From contig NC_006055.1 of the NCBI RefSeq assembly GCF_000008305.1, forward strand, positions 60,001-92,000: a stretch of 32,000 nt of DNA, in the 5' to 3' direction. The notes below the pieces were generated by a model. It ran no database searches and had not been told where the DNA came from. It was given only the letters and a program-made list of their open reading frames with translations. Both the position numbers and the translations under genes were made by a program. This DNA is from Mesoplasma florum L1 (lineage in GTDB: Bacteria > Bacillota_I > Bacilli_A > Mycoplasmatales > Mycoplasmataceae). Below, piece after piece: positions 8,055-20,224 of this stretch; position 1 is the first letter of the stretch; every line of letters starts with the position of its first letter.

Positions 8055-8960
8055 TTATCTATTAAAAATCCATTTACAATTAATAAAATTAAAGATATAG
8101 AAATTGTAAATGATGTGTCAGTTATTCAATGTGTTCTTTGAAATAATTTGTGTATATTGCATTAAATTAATGTGAATAAATCATATTACTAAAAATGCTT
8201 ATTTTCAAATATTTATGTTTCTATTCTTTCTTTGTAAAAACAGATTCTACTGTTCCTTCATTTAAAATCCCCTCAACTCTTAATTGTATGACCAGTTTGC
8301 ATTCAATAGTCTCTTCATTCAGGCTGAAGTCTATCAGAGTAAAACAAGTTAAAAAAATCTACGCTATAAAAGTAAGGTCTACCGAAAACAGGCTTCATTA
8401 TTCATACAACTAAACTTGATAATATATAAATAGTTAAAGTTTTAATTGAGTCAACTCTGTAACCATTTTTTAAAAGGCCTGCTCTATTAGAAAATTTAAA
8501 TCTAAGATAATAAAAAGTTGCAACGAAACCTAATGTTTCTATAATAAAAATTGCAATTAAAATATATTGTCTTATTTTTTGACTATCAAGAAATCAGCCA
8601 TTTACACCTGGACCAAATTCATCGTTTCTATTAGGCGCAGAAACAATCTCAATAATATTAAATGAAAGTCAAAAAACTAATCAACCAACATAGTATAAAA
8701 TAAGTATAATTTTTCACTTCATGCTTTTATTTAATGAAATGAAAGTAACTTCTAAAATAACGACGATAAATAGAAATATAAAAATAAATGATTGAGTCAT
8801 TCCAGCTTTTTTTATAAACCCAAACTATTATTTTGATAACCCTGTTGTTCATTCCTTTAGCAAATCAAGAATTTATTTGCATGTCAAAAAAACTTCCTAC
8901 AAAGAAAAGTGTTACTGAAAGAACTAAAAAACTTATAACCAAAACCTTTAAAATAGTATA
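8055..8960 (-). pseudogene. decayed multi-TM membrane protein gene (possibly PAP2-phosphatase-like), with at least 2 frameshifts and 1 nonsense codon
   Basis: Three minus-strand segments are involved. (1) Frame A at 8960..8727: ...LKVLVISFLVLSVTLFFVGSFFDMQINSWFAKGMNNRVIKIIVWVYKK. (2) Frame B, open from 8824 with an ATG at 8800, running to TAA at 8213: MTQSFIFIFLFIVVIL...WIMKPVFGRPYFYSV...WMQTGHT.... (3) Frame A again at 8198..8055: AFLVIWFIH...SKNTLNNWHIIYN.... The A-to-B switch coincides with a T7 (A7 on the coding strand) run at 8807-8813. Confidence 0.5.
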
Positions 8961-8964
8961 TTAA

Positions 8965-9918
8965 TTATTTTTCTTTTGAAATGTGTTCATTTTTTATTTT
9001 ATTAACCTTAGAATTTTTATTTCTTGATTCACTTGCCATTTTTTCAACATCAGCAACATAAGCTCACATTTTTTGTTTCTTTAGAAATTTACTCAAACCA
9101 TATCAATTGACTCTTATTGGTTTTAAATTAACTCTACCAATAGGCAATCTATCCTGAATTGTTGTAATTTTCTTATTGGTTAAAATTAATTCTTTGCTTT
9201 CGTTTAATCTTTTTGAAATATTTTTATTAATTTCATCAATGTGTTCAAAAATATTATCAATATTTCCGTATTTATTTAAAAGGTCTATTGCTTGAGCATA
9301 ATGTAAATATCTAACACCTTTGATATTGTCACTAGGATCACCCATCAGCGCTTTTATATCAGCAACTTGACTAGGATGACATCCAAATTTTTCAACAACT
9401 TTTTCGTGATCAATTAAAATATGCTCGTCATCTTTACTACTATTAGTAATTACTGTAGTTCTTTCACCAACAAGCTGGAAAATATCTTTATCATTTGACA
9501 ATATATGTACGTCATAGTCTAATTTGAGAGCTATTCTGTTAATTGTTCCGATAATATCATCAGCTTCGTATCTAGGCATTTCATATCATGGAATATTAGC
9601 CGCAGTTAAAAATTCTCTAATGATTTGTTTTTGTGGAACTAAATCTTCAGGAGTTTCTTTTCTTTTTGCTTTATATTCTGGATACAATTCTCGACGTCAA
9701 CAACCTTCATCCATGTCTAAAGTAACAATGATGCTGTAGTAGTTATTTTTCTTTACTAATTGATTAATTTTTGCAACAAAAGTGTAAATCGCATTGATCG
9801 GAACACCTTCTCTGTTAGTTGCTAATTTCTTTCTCTTAAGAGTTCCGTAGTAACCCTTATGTAGCAAATGATACCCGTCGATAATTAATATCGTGCGTTT
9901 TTCATTTAATGTATTCAT
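8965..9918 (-). CDS. stand-alone 5'-3' exonuclease (Pol I N-terminal / FEN-like domain), 317 aa
   Basis: Track ORFs 9697..9918 and 9103..9579 share a frame. The TGAs at 9697-9699, 9586-9588, 9103-9105 and 9064-9066 are read as Trp, and I checked that the gaps are open. Motifs LIIDGYHLLHKGYYG, YKAKRKETPEDL, EADDIIGT, GDPSDNIKGV. TAA at 8965-8967. Confidence 0.9.
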
Positions 9919-9976
9919 TTTTCTAAATCCTTACAAAGAGATTATAACATACTATCTAATTTAAATATAATTATAC

Positions 9977-10516
9977 TTAATTAAGCAAATGTTTGATTTC
10001 AAGAAGAGTTTCTTCAAAAGTATTTAATTCAAAAATACATAATGATTCATTAAATGTTTTGTTCATAATTTCAATATTATTTTTAGATAAAAATAATTCG
10101 ATATCCTTTATATTATTAATTTTAAATGTGATACTTAAACTATTTATTTCTTTAATTTCTTCAAGCTCAACAATTTTTATAATATTAGCTGCGCTTGAAG
10201 TATATGCTCTGGTCAAAGGACCAGCACCAAGTTTTATTCCACCGAAGTATCTTGTAACCAATACACAAATGTTAGTTAAATTATTTTTTTCTATTACGTT
10301 AAAAATGGGTTTTCCTGCAGTGCCTTTTGGTTCTCCATCATCACTGTAACCACCAAAAACATTTTTAGTGCCAATTTTGTAAGCATAACAATTATGTCTG
10401 GCATCTTTTAAAGAAAAGTCTTTTAAAAACTGCTCTAATTCTTCTTTGGAATTAACCTGAAAAGCGGTACAAATAAATTTTGATTTCTTAATTTCTGTAG
10501 TTTCAGAGTAAACCAT
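9977..10516 (-). CDS. yigZ: IMPACT/YigZ (UPF0029) family protein
   Basis: This is the C-terminal 179 aa of track ORF 9977..10717. The start is taken at the ATG at 10516 (MVYSETTEIKKSKFICTAF...). An alternative TTG at 10537 sits 9 nt after SD aaggag. Motifs ARHNCYAYKIG, DDGEPKGTAGKP, TRYFGGIKLGAGPLTRAY. Confidence 0.85.
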   Translation of the reverse strand: MVYSETTEIKKSKFICTAFQVNSKEELEQFLKDFSLKDARHNCYAYKIGTKNVFGGYSDDGEPKGTAGKPIFNVIEKNNLTNICVLVTRYFGGIKLGAGPLTRAYTSSAANIIKIVELEEIKEINSLSITFKINNIKDIELFLSKNNIEIMNKTFNESLCIFELNTFEETLLEIKHLLN

Positions 10517-10614
10517 TTTAGTCTTTATTGTTTTCAAAGTACTTTTCTCCTTTACTAAATAGATTATAATCATTATAATAATTAAAGTTAAAAATTTATT
10601 AAGTAGGAGGCAAA

Positions 10615-13446
10615 ATGGCATCAGATAAAAGTTTACTTCGCATGTATGGAAAATATGCAAACGAAATTCTTTCATTAGAACCTGAAATGAAAAAACTTGC
10701 AAATGAAGATTTTGCAATCAAAACTCAGGAATTAAGAGATAGGATAGCAAATGGAGAGCATGTAGATGATTTAGTTGTTGAAGCTTATGCTTTAGCTAGA
10801 GAAGCTGCAAACCGTGTCTTAGGATTAAATGCATATAAAGTTCAATTAGTAGGGGCAATAATTTTACACTTTGGTGATATTGCTGAAATGAGAACCGGAG
10901 AAGGTAAGACACTTACAGGGTTATTCCCAGCGTATTTAAATAGCTTAACTGGTAAAGGTGTTCACATCGTTACTGTTAATGAATACTTATCAAGACGTGA
11001 CTCTGAAATAAATGGTCAAGTTTTTGACTTGCTTGGTGTATCAGTTGGATTAAACGGAACAAGAATGCCAAAAAACCTTAAAAGAGAAGCTTATCATGCT
11101 GATATAACATATACAACAAACGCTGAATTAGGATTTGACTATTTAAGAGATAATATGGTTGTTGATAAAGAACATAAAGTTCAAAGAGAATTAAACTTTG
11201 CAATTATTGATGAGGCTGACTCAGTTTTAATTGATGAAGCTAGAACACCTTTAATAATTTCTGGAGGTAGTTCTTCAAGAATTAATTTATATAAGGCTGC
11301 TGATGAGTTTGCTCAAAAAGTAAATGAGAAAGAAGATATTGATATTGATTTAGAAACAAAACAAGTCTATCTTACAGAAACTGGAATGAAAAAAGCAAAG
11401 GATTTCTTTTCTTTAGAAAATTTATTTGCTCTAGAAAATACTGAAATATTTCACTTGATCTTAAATGCATTAAAAGCACACTTTACTTTTAAAGAAGGTG
11501 TTGAATATACTGTTGCCAGTGGTGAAGTTGAGTTAATTGATCAATTTACAGGACGTATTTTAAAAGGACGTGCCTATTCAGATGGATTACAACAAGCTAT
11601 TCAGGCAAAAGAAAAAGTTGAGATTGAAGAAGAAACAACAACATTAGCAACAATTACATACCAAAACTTTTATCGTTTATATGCAAAACTTTCAGGGATG
11701 ACTGGTACTGCAAAAACTGAAGAAGAAGAATTTATTAAAATTTATAATACAAGAGTTGTTGTCTGTCCAACAAATAGACCTGTTATAAGAAAAGATGAAC
11801 CAGATTATACATTTGGTACTAAACATGCTGCTTTAAAAAAATTAATCCAAGACATTAAAACTGTAAACGAAATAGGTAATCCAATCCTTATTGGTACAAC
11901 AAGTGTTGAATCATCTGAGCAAATTGCTCGTTATTTAGAAAAAGCGGGATTAAATTTTGAAATGATTAATGCTAAAAACCACGATAGGGAAGCTGATATA
12001 GTTTCTCAAGCTGGTCAAAAATACGCTATCACTCTAGCTACAAACATGGCTGGTCGTGGTACTGATATTAAATTAAGTCAAGAAGTTAAAGACTTAGGTG
12101 GTTTAGTTGTTTTTGGAGTTGAAAGAAATGAAGCAAGACGTATTGATAATCAATTAAGAGGTAGAAGTGGACGTCAGGGAGATCCTGGTATGTCAAGATT
12201 CTATATTTCTATGGAAGATGATTTAATGATTAGATTTGCTTCACCTAGAGCAAGAAAAAGCTTTTTAAGTTTAGGTGATGAGCATATAAAATCTAAGTTC
12301 TTCACAAGAGCAGTTACAAATGCTCAGAAAAAACTTGAAGGATTAAACTTTGACCAACGTAAAAACGTTTTAGACTATGATAATATCTTGGCACAACAAC
12401 GTGAAGCGATGTATGCACAACGTGATTCAATTTTATGAGCTGATAATTTAAAAGTTGTTATTAAAAAATTCCAAATAACAGTAGCATATGAAATGATTGA
12501 AGAAAATTCTGAAATAGTTCATGGTGAAAAAACTTTAAACGCTGAAAAACTACTTAAATCAATCGATGGTAAACTTGTTGCGCATAAAAGATTTGTTGCA
12601 AAAGATTTCTATAATAAAGAAAAGATGAATTTAGCAGTGCAACTAGCAGAAGCGATGCTTGAATTCTATAAAGCAAGAGTCATTGACATACCTGATGATG
12701 TTGTTCTTCAAATGGAAAGAAAAAATGTTTTAACTTCATTTGACAAATACTGAACAAGACACATAGATATAGCTTCAAAATTAAAAGCAGGTATTTATTT
12801 ACAACAATATGCCCAAAATAACCCTCTTGCTGTATATGTTGAACAAGCAACAGAATTGTTTAATAAAACAAAAATATATATAGCTTCAGAAGTAGTAGAT
12901 GTACTATCAAAAATTATCATTAGAGATCCTGAACAAAACGTTGAATCTCAAAAAATAGAAATTACTGACGAAATAATAGATGACATTTTAAAATCTACAG
13001 GTTTAACAAAAGCAAATATTAATAATAAAGATATTAATGCAAAATTTGATGAATTAATTGCTAAAGCAGATAATCAAAACGATATTAAAAAACTATCAAT
13101 ACAAAGAGATATCATGTTAGGTTTAGTTATTGAAATTCAAAAACGAAGAGAAAATTCAGGAAATAAAACTGTCAATCTTGGAAAAGAAGAAATCGATCAA
13201 ATGTTAGCAATACTTGGCATTGATAACATTGGTTCAACTTCAAAAGAAGAAATTATTTCTAAGTATGAAGAAAAACTAAAATTAGCAGAAGATGATAAAA
13301 CTAAAAATCTTATAAATATAGCAAAAGATGTTATTATTGCGCTATATGAACAAATTGAATTAATTAAAAAAGATGCAAGTTCTTTGAAATCAGTTATCGA
13401 CGATGACAATGATGGTGGGGAAGTTGCCAAAACAAGAATTGGTTAG
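10615..13446 (+). CDS. secA: preprotein translocase ATPase SecA (943 aa)
   Basis: Track ORFs 10615..12438, 12493..12753 and 12856..13446 share one frame, joined via TGA at 12436-12438 and 12751-12753 (DKY-W-TRHID). Motifs MRTGEGKT, DEADSVLIDEARTPLIIS, TNMAGRGTDI. SD taggagg. Confidence 0.97.
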
Positions 13447-13450
13447 AACT

Positions 13451-13477
13451 AAACACTAGAGCAAACTCTAGTGTTTT
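13451..13477 (+). terminator. hairpin after secA
   Basis: Perfect 11-bp stem aaacactagag (13451-13461) pairing with ctctagtgttt (13466-13476), loop caaa. The trailing T-run is short, so it may only attenuate. Confidence 0.6.
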
Positions 13478-13506
13478 AGTCATTATTTAATAGAAAAGGT
13501 GCAAAA

Positions 13507-15510
13507 ATGAAATATATTAGTGATAAAAAATTTGAATTAAATAGTTTTTTTAAACCTGGGGGAGATCAACCCAAAGCAATTGAAAAATTATTAAAAGGTT
13601 TAAAAGAAAATAAAAAACACCAAGTTCTTTTAGGTGCTACTGGAACTGGTAAAACATTCACAATGGCAAATATAATTAAAGAAATTAATAAACCAACTTT
13701 AGTTCTTGCACATAACAAAACTTTAGCTATGCAATTGTATTATGAGTTGATGGAATTCTTTCCTAATAATAGAGTTGAGTATTTTGTTTCAAATTTCGAC
13801 TTCTTTCAACCTGAAGCATATAAGCCTGCGACTGATTTATATATTAATAAAGATGCCAGAATTAATATGGAACTTGATATGTTGAGAATGAGCGCTATGA
13901 ATGCATTATCAATTTCTAATGACACAATAGTAGTTGCATCTGTTGCCGCAATATATCCATCACAAGATCCTGTTCAATATGCATCAAGTTTTTTTGAATT
14001 GAAAACTGGGCAAAAATTTTCTAAAAGAGAATTATTAACATATTTAGTTAAAACAGGATATACAAGAAACGACATTGAAAATTCACCAGGTACTTTTAGT
14101 GTAAAAGGTGATGTTATAAAAGTAGTTCCAGGATGATCTTTATCAGCTATGTATCGTTTTTCATTATTTGATGATCATATAGAAATGATAGACATGTTAA
14201 ATGTTGTAACGGGGGCTTTAATTGAAAGAATCTCAACTGTTACAATATATCCTGCTCAAGCTTATGTGACACCTGAAGATAAGTTAAAACAAGCTTGCTT
14301 GAACATAAGAGAAGAACTTGCGGTTAGAGTTAAAGAATTAAAAGAAGAAGGAAAACTATTAGAAGCAGAAAGATTAGATCAAAGAACAAGATATGATTTA
14401 GAAAGTTTAGAAGAGTTTGGATTTTGTAGTGGTATTGAAAATTATTCTGCACACTTAGATTTTAGAGCGCCAGGAGAGACCCCATATACTTTATTAGATT
14501 ATTTTAAAGGAGATTTTTTAACTATAATTGATGAATCACACATAATGGTTTCTCAAGTTAGAGGTATGTATAATACTGATAGAAGTAGAAAACAAACTCT
14601 TGTAGAGTATGGTTTTAGATTGCCTTCAGCATTAGATAATAGACCTTTAAATTTTGAAGAATTTACAGGAAAATTAAAACAAGTAATTTATACATCAGCT
14701 ACACCAGGTGATTATGAATTAGAACTTGTTAATCATGAAGTTGTTGAACAAATTATTAGACCAACGGGTTTATTAGATCCAGTAATCGAAGTTAAAAAAA
14801 CAGAAGGTCAAATAGAAGATATAATTGAACAAATTCATGAAAGAAAAAAAGTAAATGAAAAGGTATTTATTACAACTTTAACAATTAGAATGAGTGAAGA
14901 TTTAACAAGTTACTTACAAGAAAGAAATATTAAAGTAGCATATTTACATTCAGAATTAAAAACACTTGAAAGAAGCGATATTTTAAATGATCTTAGAAGA
15001 GGCGTTTATGATGCTGTTGTTGGAGTTAACTTATTACGTGAAGGGTTGGATTTACCTGAAGTGAGTTTAGTTTGTGTTCTAGATGCAGATAAACAAGGTT
15101 TTTTAAGAAATACAAAATCACTAATTCAAACAGCTGGTAGAGCTGCTAGAAATGCTAATGGTAAAGTTATTTTTTATGCAGATACAATTTCAACATCAAT
15201 GCAAGAAGCTATGGATGAAACAAATCGTAGACGAGAAATTCAACAAGCTTACAATAAAGAACATAATATAACTCCAGTAACTATAACAAAGAAAATCAAT
15301 CAATCAACTTTAAGTGAAGCAACTAAAAAAGAACTTGAAAAAATTAAAAAACAAAAAACTGCAAAAGGCAAAAAAGAAGCTTATCAAAAAACAATTGATG
15401 ATATTAGAGCTGAAATGATTCAAGCAGCAAAGGATTTAGATTTTGAAAAAGCAGCAGTTTTAAGAGATACAATAATTGAACTAGAAGCTAAGAAAAGTGA
15501 GGTAAAATAA
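13507..15510 (+). CDS. uvrB: excinuclease ABC subunit B (667 aa)
   Basis: Track ORFs 13507..14136 and 14149..15510 share a frame, joined via TGA at 14134-14136. Motifs GATGTGKT, IIDESH, and the C-terminal UVR motif DFEKAAVLRDTIIELE. The stop overlaps the uvrA start (TAATG). Confidence 0.97.
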
Positions 15511-18359
15511 TGGAAAATAAAATAGTAATAAAAGGTGCAAGAGAAAACAATTTAAAAAACGTTGACTTAGAAATACCAAAAAATAAGCTAGTTGTTTTTA
15601 CTGGATTAAGTGGTAGTGGTAAATCATCATTAGCTTTTGCAACAATTTATGCTGAAGGTAGAAGAAGATATATTGAATCTCTTTCAGCATATGCAAGACA
15701 ATTCTTAGGTGGAAATGAAAAACCTGATGTTGATTCAATCGAAGGTTTAAGCCCCGCAATTTCAATTGACCAAAAGACTACATCTCATAACCCGAGATCA
15801 ACTGTTGGAACTGTGACTGAAATTTATGATTACTTAAGATTGCTTTATGCAAGAGTTGGGACACCATATTGTATTAACGGTCATGGGCAAATACATGCTG
15901 CAACAATTAAAGAAATTATTAATAATATTAAAAGTACAACTGAAGATAATGAACAGGTTTATGTTTTATCTCCAGTTGTTAGAGATAAAAAAGGAACACA
16001 TAAGGACTTACTAGCTAAATTGTTAGGTGAAGGTTTTATTAGAGTATCTATAAATGGTGAAATCAAAATGTTAGAAGAAGAAATCATTTTAGATAAAAAT
16101 CAAAGACATAATATTGATATTGTTGTTGATCGTCTAATCTATCATAATGATGATGAAGTTCATTCAAGACTTTTCTCTGCAATTGAAATCGCTTTACAAT
16201 ATTCAAATAGTTTAGTGAAAATAAAATATCCTGAAACTGAAAATAAAGAAGATAATTTATTTTCAAACTCATACTCATGTAATGTTTGTGGATTTAACAT
16301 ACCAGAATTAGAACCAAGATTATTTTCATTTAATGCACCGTTAGGAGCATGTGGAGATTGTGATGGTTTAGGTGTAAGATTGGTTTCTGACCCAGAGCTA
16401 ATAATTCCAGATAAATCTTTATCAATTAATCAAGGAGGAGTTGTTTACTTTAAAAACTTTTTAAATACAGATAATTTAGAGTGACAAAAATTTAAAATTT
16501 TATGTGATTACTATTACATTGATATGAATTTGCCAATTGATCAACTTACTAATAAACAAATTAAGGCAATTCTTAGAGGTAGTGAAGAACAAATTGAAAT
16601 AAAACTATTAAGCAGTAGTGGAAGAAGATATGATTCATATGATTTTGTTGAAGGAGTTGCTGATTTAATTCAAAGAAGATATTTTGAAACAAAGTCTGAA
16701 GAAATTAGAAAATGATATACAAAATTTATGTCCTCAAGTGTTTGTCAGTCATGTGATGGAGCTAGATTAAACCCAACAGCATTATCAATAAAAATTGCTG
16801 ATAAAAATATTTTTGATTTTACAAAAATGAGCATACAAGATGAATTAGAATTTATCTTAAATGTTGAATTAACTCAAACTCAAGCACAAATAGCAAACTT
16901 AGTTTTAACAGAAATTACAAATAGAATAAGTTTTTTAAATGAAGTTGGATTAGGTTATTTAGATTTAGCGAGAACTGCAACGACTTTATCTGGTGGAGAA
17001 GCACAAAGAATTAGGTTAGCAAAACAAATTGGTAGTCAACTGACAGGTATTTTATATGTACTTGATGAACCATCAATTGGATTACATCAAAGAGATAATG
17101 ATAAACTGATAAAAACATTGAAACATTTAAGAGATCTTGGAAATACTTTAATAGTTGTTGAACATGACGAAGATACAATGAAAACAGCTGATTGAATTGT
17201 TGATGTTGGACCTCAAGCTGGTGAGCACGGAGGACAAATTACATTTAGTGGTACTTATGATGAAATATTAAAGTCAGACACAATTACGGGTAGATATTTA
17301 TCTGGTAAAGAATCTATTCCTGTTCCTAAAAAACGTAGAAGTGGTAACGGACAAAAAATTGATATTGTAGGTGCAAGAGAAAATAACCTAAAAAATGTTA
17401 ATGTCTCTATTCCATTAAATAAATTTATTGCAATCACAGGAGTAAGTGGTAGTGGTAAGTCAACTTTATTAGAAGATATTATTTATAAAGGTATAAGAAA
17501 AAATCTAGCAAGAGAAACAATAGTAACTGGAAAATTTAGTAAAATGAATGGTCTAGAAAATATTGATAAAGTTATTTTTATTTCACAAGAACCAATTGGT
17601 AAAACACCAAGATCAAACCCCGCAACTTACACAGGTGTATTTGATGACATAAGAGATTTATTTACAAATCTACCTGAAGCTAAAATTAGAGGATACAAAA
17701 AAGGGAGATTTTCATTTAACGTACCTGGTGGTAGATGTGAACATTGTTTTGGTGATGGTGTAATAACAATTTCAATGCAATTTATGCCAAGTGTTGAAGT
17801 GGTTTGTGAAATTTGTGAAGGAAAAAGATATAACGATGAAACTTTACAAGTTAAATTTAAAGAAAAAACAATAGCTGATGTTTTAAATATGACTGTTGAA
17901 ACAGCTGCAGCCTTTTTTGAAAACATTCCAAGTATCAAAGATAAATTAGATACAATTCTTGAAGTTGGTTTAGGATATATAAGATTAGGTCAATCAGCTA
18001 CAACCTTATCTGGTGGAGAAGCTCAAAGAATTAAGTTATCTACTTATTTACTAAAAAAACAAACAGGTAAAACAATGTTCTTATTAGATGAACCAACAAC
18101 TGGTTTACATATTGATGATGTTAAAAGATTAGTTCATGTTTTAAATAAATTAGTAGACTTAGGAAACACTGTAGTAGCAATCGAACATAATTTAGACTTT
18201 ATTAAAGTCGCTGACCATGTTATCGATTTAGGACCAGAAGGTGGAATTGGCGGTGGATTAATTGTTGCTGCTGGAACACCAGAACAAGTTGCTGATACAA
18301 AAGGTTCATATACGGGAACTTATTTAAAGGAATATTTATATAATGATTTCAGTAGATAA
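15510..18359 (+). CDS. uvrA: excinuclease ABC subunit A (949 aa)
   Basis: Track ORFs 15510, 16524, 16728 and 17544 are all in one frame, and I translated the untracked segment 17196-17543 and found it open. TGAs at 16482, 16713 and 17193 are read as Trp. Motifs GLSGSGKSS and GVSGSGKST, two LSGGEAQRI signatures, and Zn modules [14 protein letters not shown] and [17 protein letters not shown]. Confidence 0.97.
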
Positions 18360-19449
18360 GTTTTTAATACCTATTCAACAAAGATTTCAAAATGAATACA
18401 ATTTAGATAAAGTTTTAAAACAATTAAATAATATTGAAAAGAAGATACCAACTATTAATGTGGTTGGGACAAATGGAAAAGGAAGCACTTCTTTTTTCTT
18501 GTCTCATGGGCTAAAAACAAAATATAAAAAAGTTGGATTATTTATTTCTCCAGCTTTCTTATATCACAATGAGAGAATTCAAATTAATAACGAACCAATA
18601 AGTGATGAAGATCTAAAAAAATATATTTCAAAAGTTGAAAAATTTATTAAAGATTACAATCTAACATTTTTTGAAATATGAACTTTAATAGCAATCATGT
18701 ATTTTTATGATAACAAAGTTGATATTGCTGTAATTGAAGCAGGTATAGGTGGTTTAAAGGACTCAACAAATTTATTTTCAAATCAGATAGCAGCAATTTT
18801 AACATCTGTTTCATTTGATCACACAGAAATATTAGGTAATAAAATTGAAGAAATAATTGATCAAAAAGTTGGGATAGTAAAAGAAAATTCAACTTTATAT
18901 GTTAGTGCAGATAATAAAGAGCATTTTGAAACTATTAAAAATGCAATTAAGGTTAATGCAAGCATTATATATTCTGATAAATATGAAAAAGAAAAAATTG
19001 AATACCAAAAAGGCAACAAAGGTGTTGTTAAAAATATACTTCAAGATTTAGGGATAAAAGATTTATCATGTTTAAATTTAAATTCGTTAACTGGTAGATT
19101 TACAGAAATAGAATTTAAAGAGAAAAAAATAATAATAGATGGTGCTCACAATGTAGACGGAGTTAGAGCACTTATTTCAAGTGTCAGCAATAAAAAAGAT
19201 TGAACAGTTTTATATGGTGCAATTGATGGTAAAGAACATCAAAAAATATTAACAATGTTAGATGAGAATTTTGAAAATGTAAACATAACAACATTTGATT
19301 TTCATAAGGCCTGAGATATTGATTTAGTTAACCATATAAATAAAGTTAAAAATTGAAAAGAATTCATAGATTCTTCTGAAAAGAATATTATAATTTGTGG
19401 TAGTTTGTATTTTATACCGTTGGTTTATAAATATTTGTTAGAAAAATAG
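18343..19449 (+). CDS. folC: folylpolyglutamate synthase / Mur-ligase family protein (368 aa)
   Basis: Track ORFs 18343..18681 and 18697..19203 share a frame. The ORF continues through TGAs at 19201, 19312 and 19354 to TAG at 19447-19449. P-loop VGTNGKGST. It overlaps the uvrA 3' end by 17 nt. Confidence 0.85.
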
Positions 19450-19464
19450 AAAGAAGGATTAATC

Positions 19465-20139
19465 ATGTTATTTTGAATTACTAATATAATTGCTATGTTA
19501 CTTATTATTGCTATGTTTTTTATTGGTATTTTTATTGATAAAATACATGCAAAAAAATTCACTGTCAAAAATATAACATTATTAGGTTTAATAGTTGCAT
19601 TGAGTATTATATTAACTAACGTTATAGGGTATTCGATGGTTTTTGGATTTAGAATTATGATTGGTAATTTCATGATTTTCTTTGCTGGAATGGTCTTCGG
19701 TCCATTAGGTGGAATTATGGCTGGTTTTTGCTCTGACTTAGTTGGATCAATGATTAATATAACTGGTACATTTCATTTTGGATTTATGCTTTCAAAAATA
19801 TTTATTGGTTTTTGTGGATCGTTGGTGTTTATTTTTAAGAAGAATAATTTCTGATTTATTAAAATGATATTCTTTTTAATCTTTAGTTTAGCGATAACAA
19901 GTTTTTTAATAACACCAATTTGTTTGGTAGCTAGTGGTTTAGGAAGTCTAGCAACAATTAATTATGTTAAAAAAATAATTATTCTTCCTATTGAGTTATT
20001 AATTTTTATTCCAAGCTTATTTGCTTGTTTAAAAATTTCTAGTTTGCTGTTAAAAAACGAAATACAACAGCCATCAAAACCTTGGTTTTTAAGGCATGGG
20101 GAATTGAAATTTCATATAGATAAAAAAGCAAATAAGTAG
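19465..20139 (+). CDS. ECF-transporter substrate-binding (S) component-like membrane protein, 224 aa (folate-family candidate by context)
   Basis: ATG at 19465 with SD aaggat. TGAs at 19474 and 19852 join it to track ORFs 19495..19854 and 19864..20139 in the same frame. About 6 hydrophobic helices. It starts 16 nt after folC. The substrate assignment is contextual only. Confidence 0.65.
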
Positions 20140-20150
20140 TTTGCTTTTTT
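20122..20150 (+). terminator. rho-independent terminator ending the secA/uvrBA-folC-S-component transcription unit
   Basis: aaaaagcaaa pairs with tttgcttttt around the loop ataagtag (20132-20139), followed by T6. Confidence 0.7.
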
Positions 20151-20224
20151 ATATTTGCTCACTATTATTTTTTTAATAAACAATTATAGTAAAATTATAA
20201 TAATAAAAACAAGGAGTTTTAAAG

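Noticed and set aside
8195-8413. Track ORF of 72 aa on the plus strand (MLIFKYLCFYSFF...)
   Set aside because: It lies antisense to the much longer minus-strand coding remnant (frame B, 8213-8824). It has no SD and a low-complexity composition typical of antisense frames.
9993-10349. 118-aa plus-strand ORF antisense to yigZ. Similar antisense ORFs occur at 17627..17938 and 17255..17437 (uvrA), 16084..16278 (uvrA), 13197..13430 (secA), 18695..18892 (folC), 19425..19673, 21361..21609 (lgt), 25108..25311 (whiA), 30068..30256, 30892..31080 (pepA), 401..610 (ackA), 9524..9739 and 4575..4760
   Set aside because: Each is fully contained in, and antisense to, a gene with strong motif support. None has an SD, and their compositions are Ser/Leu/Ile-rich low complexity. 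They are treated as chance ORFs.
10517-10717. N-terminal 67 codons of track ORF 9977..10717, which overlap the secA start
   Set aside because: This stretch (MQNLHLQVFSFQ...) runs through the secA promoter, SD and first 100 nt, and has no YigZ homology. The conserved YigZ N-terminus (EIKKSKFI) begins just after the ATG at 10516 or the TTG at 10537, so the gene was shortened.
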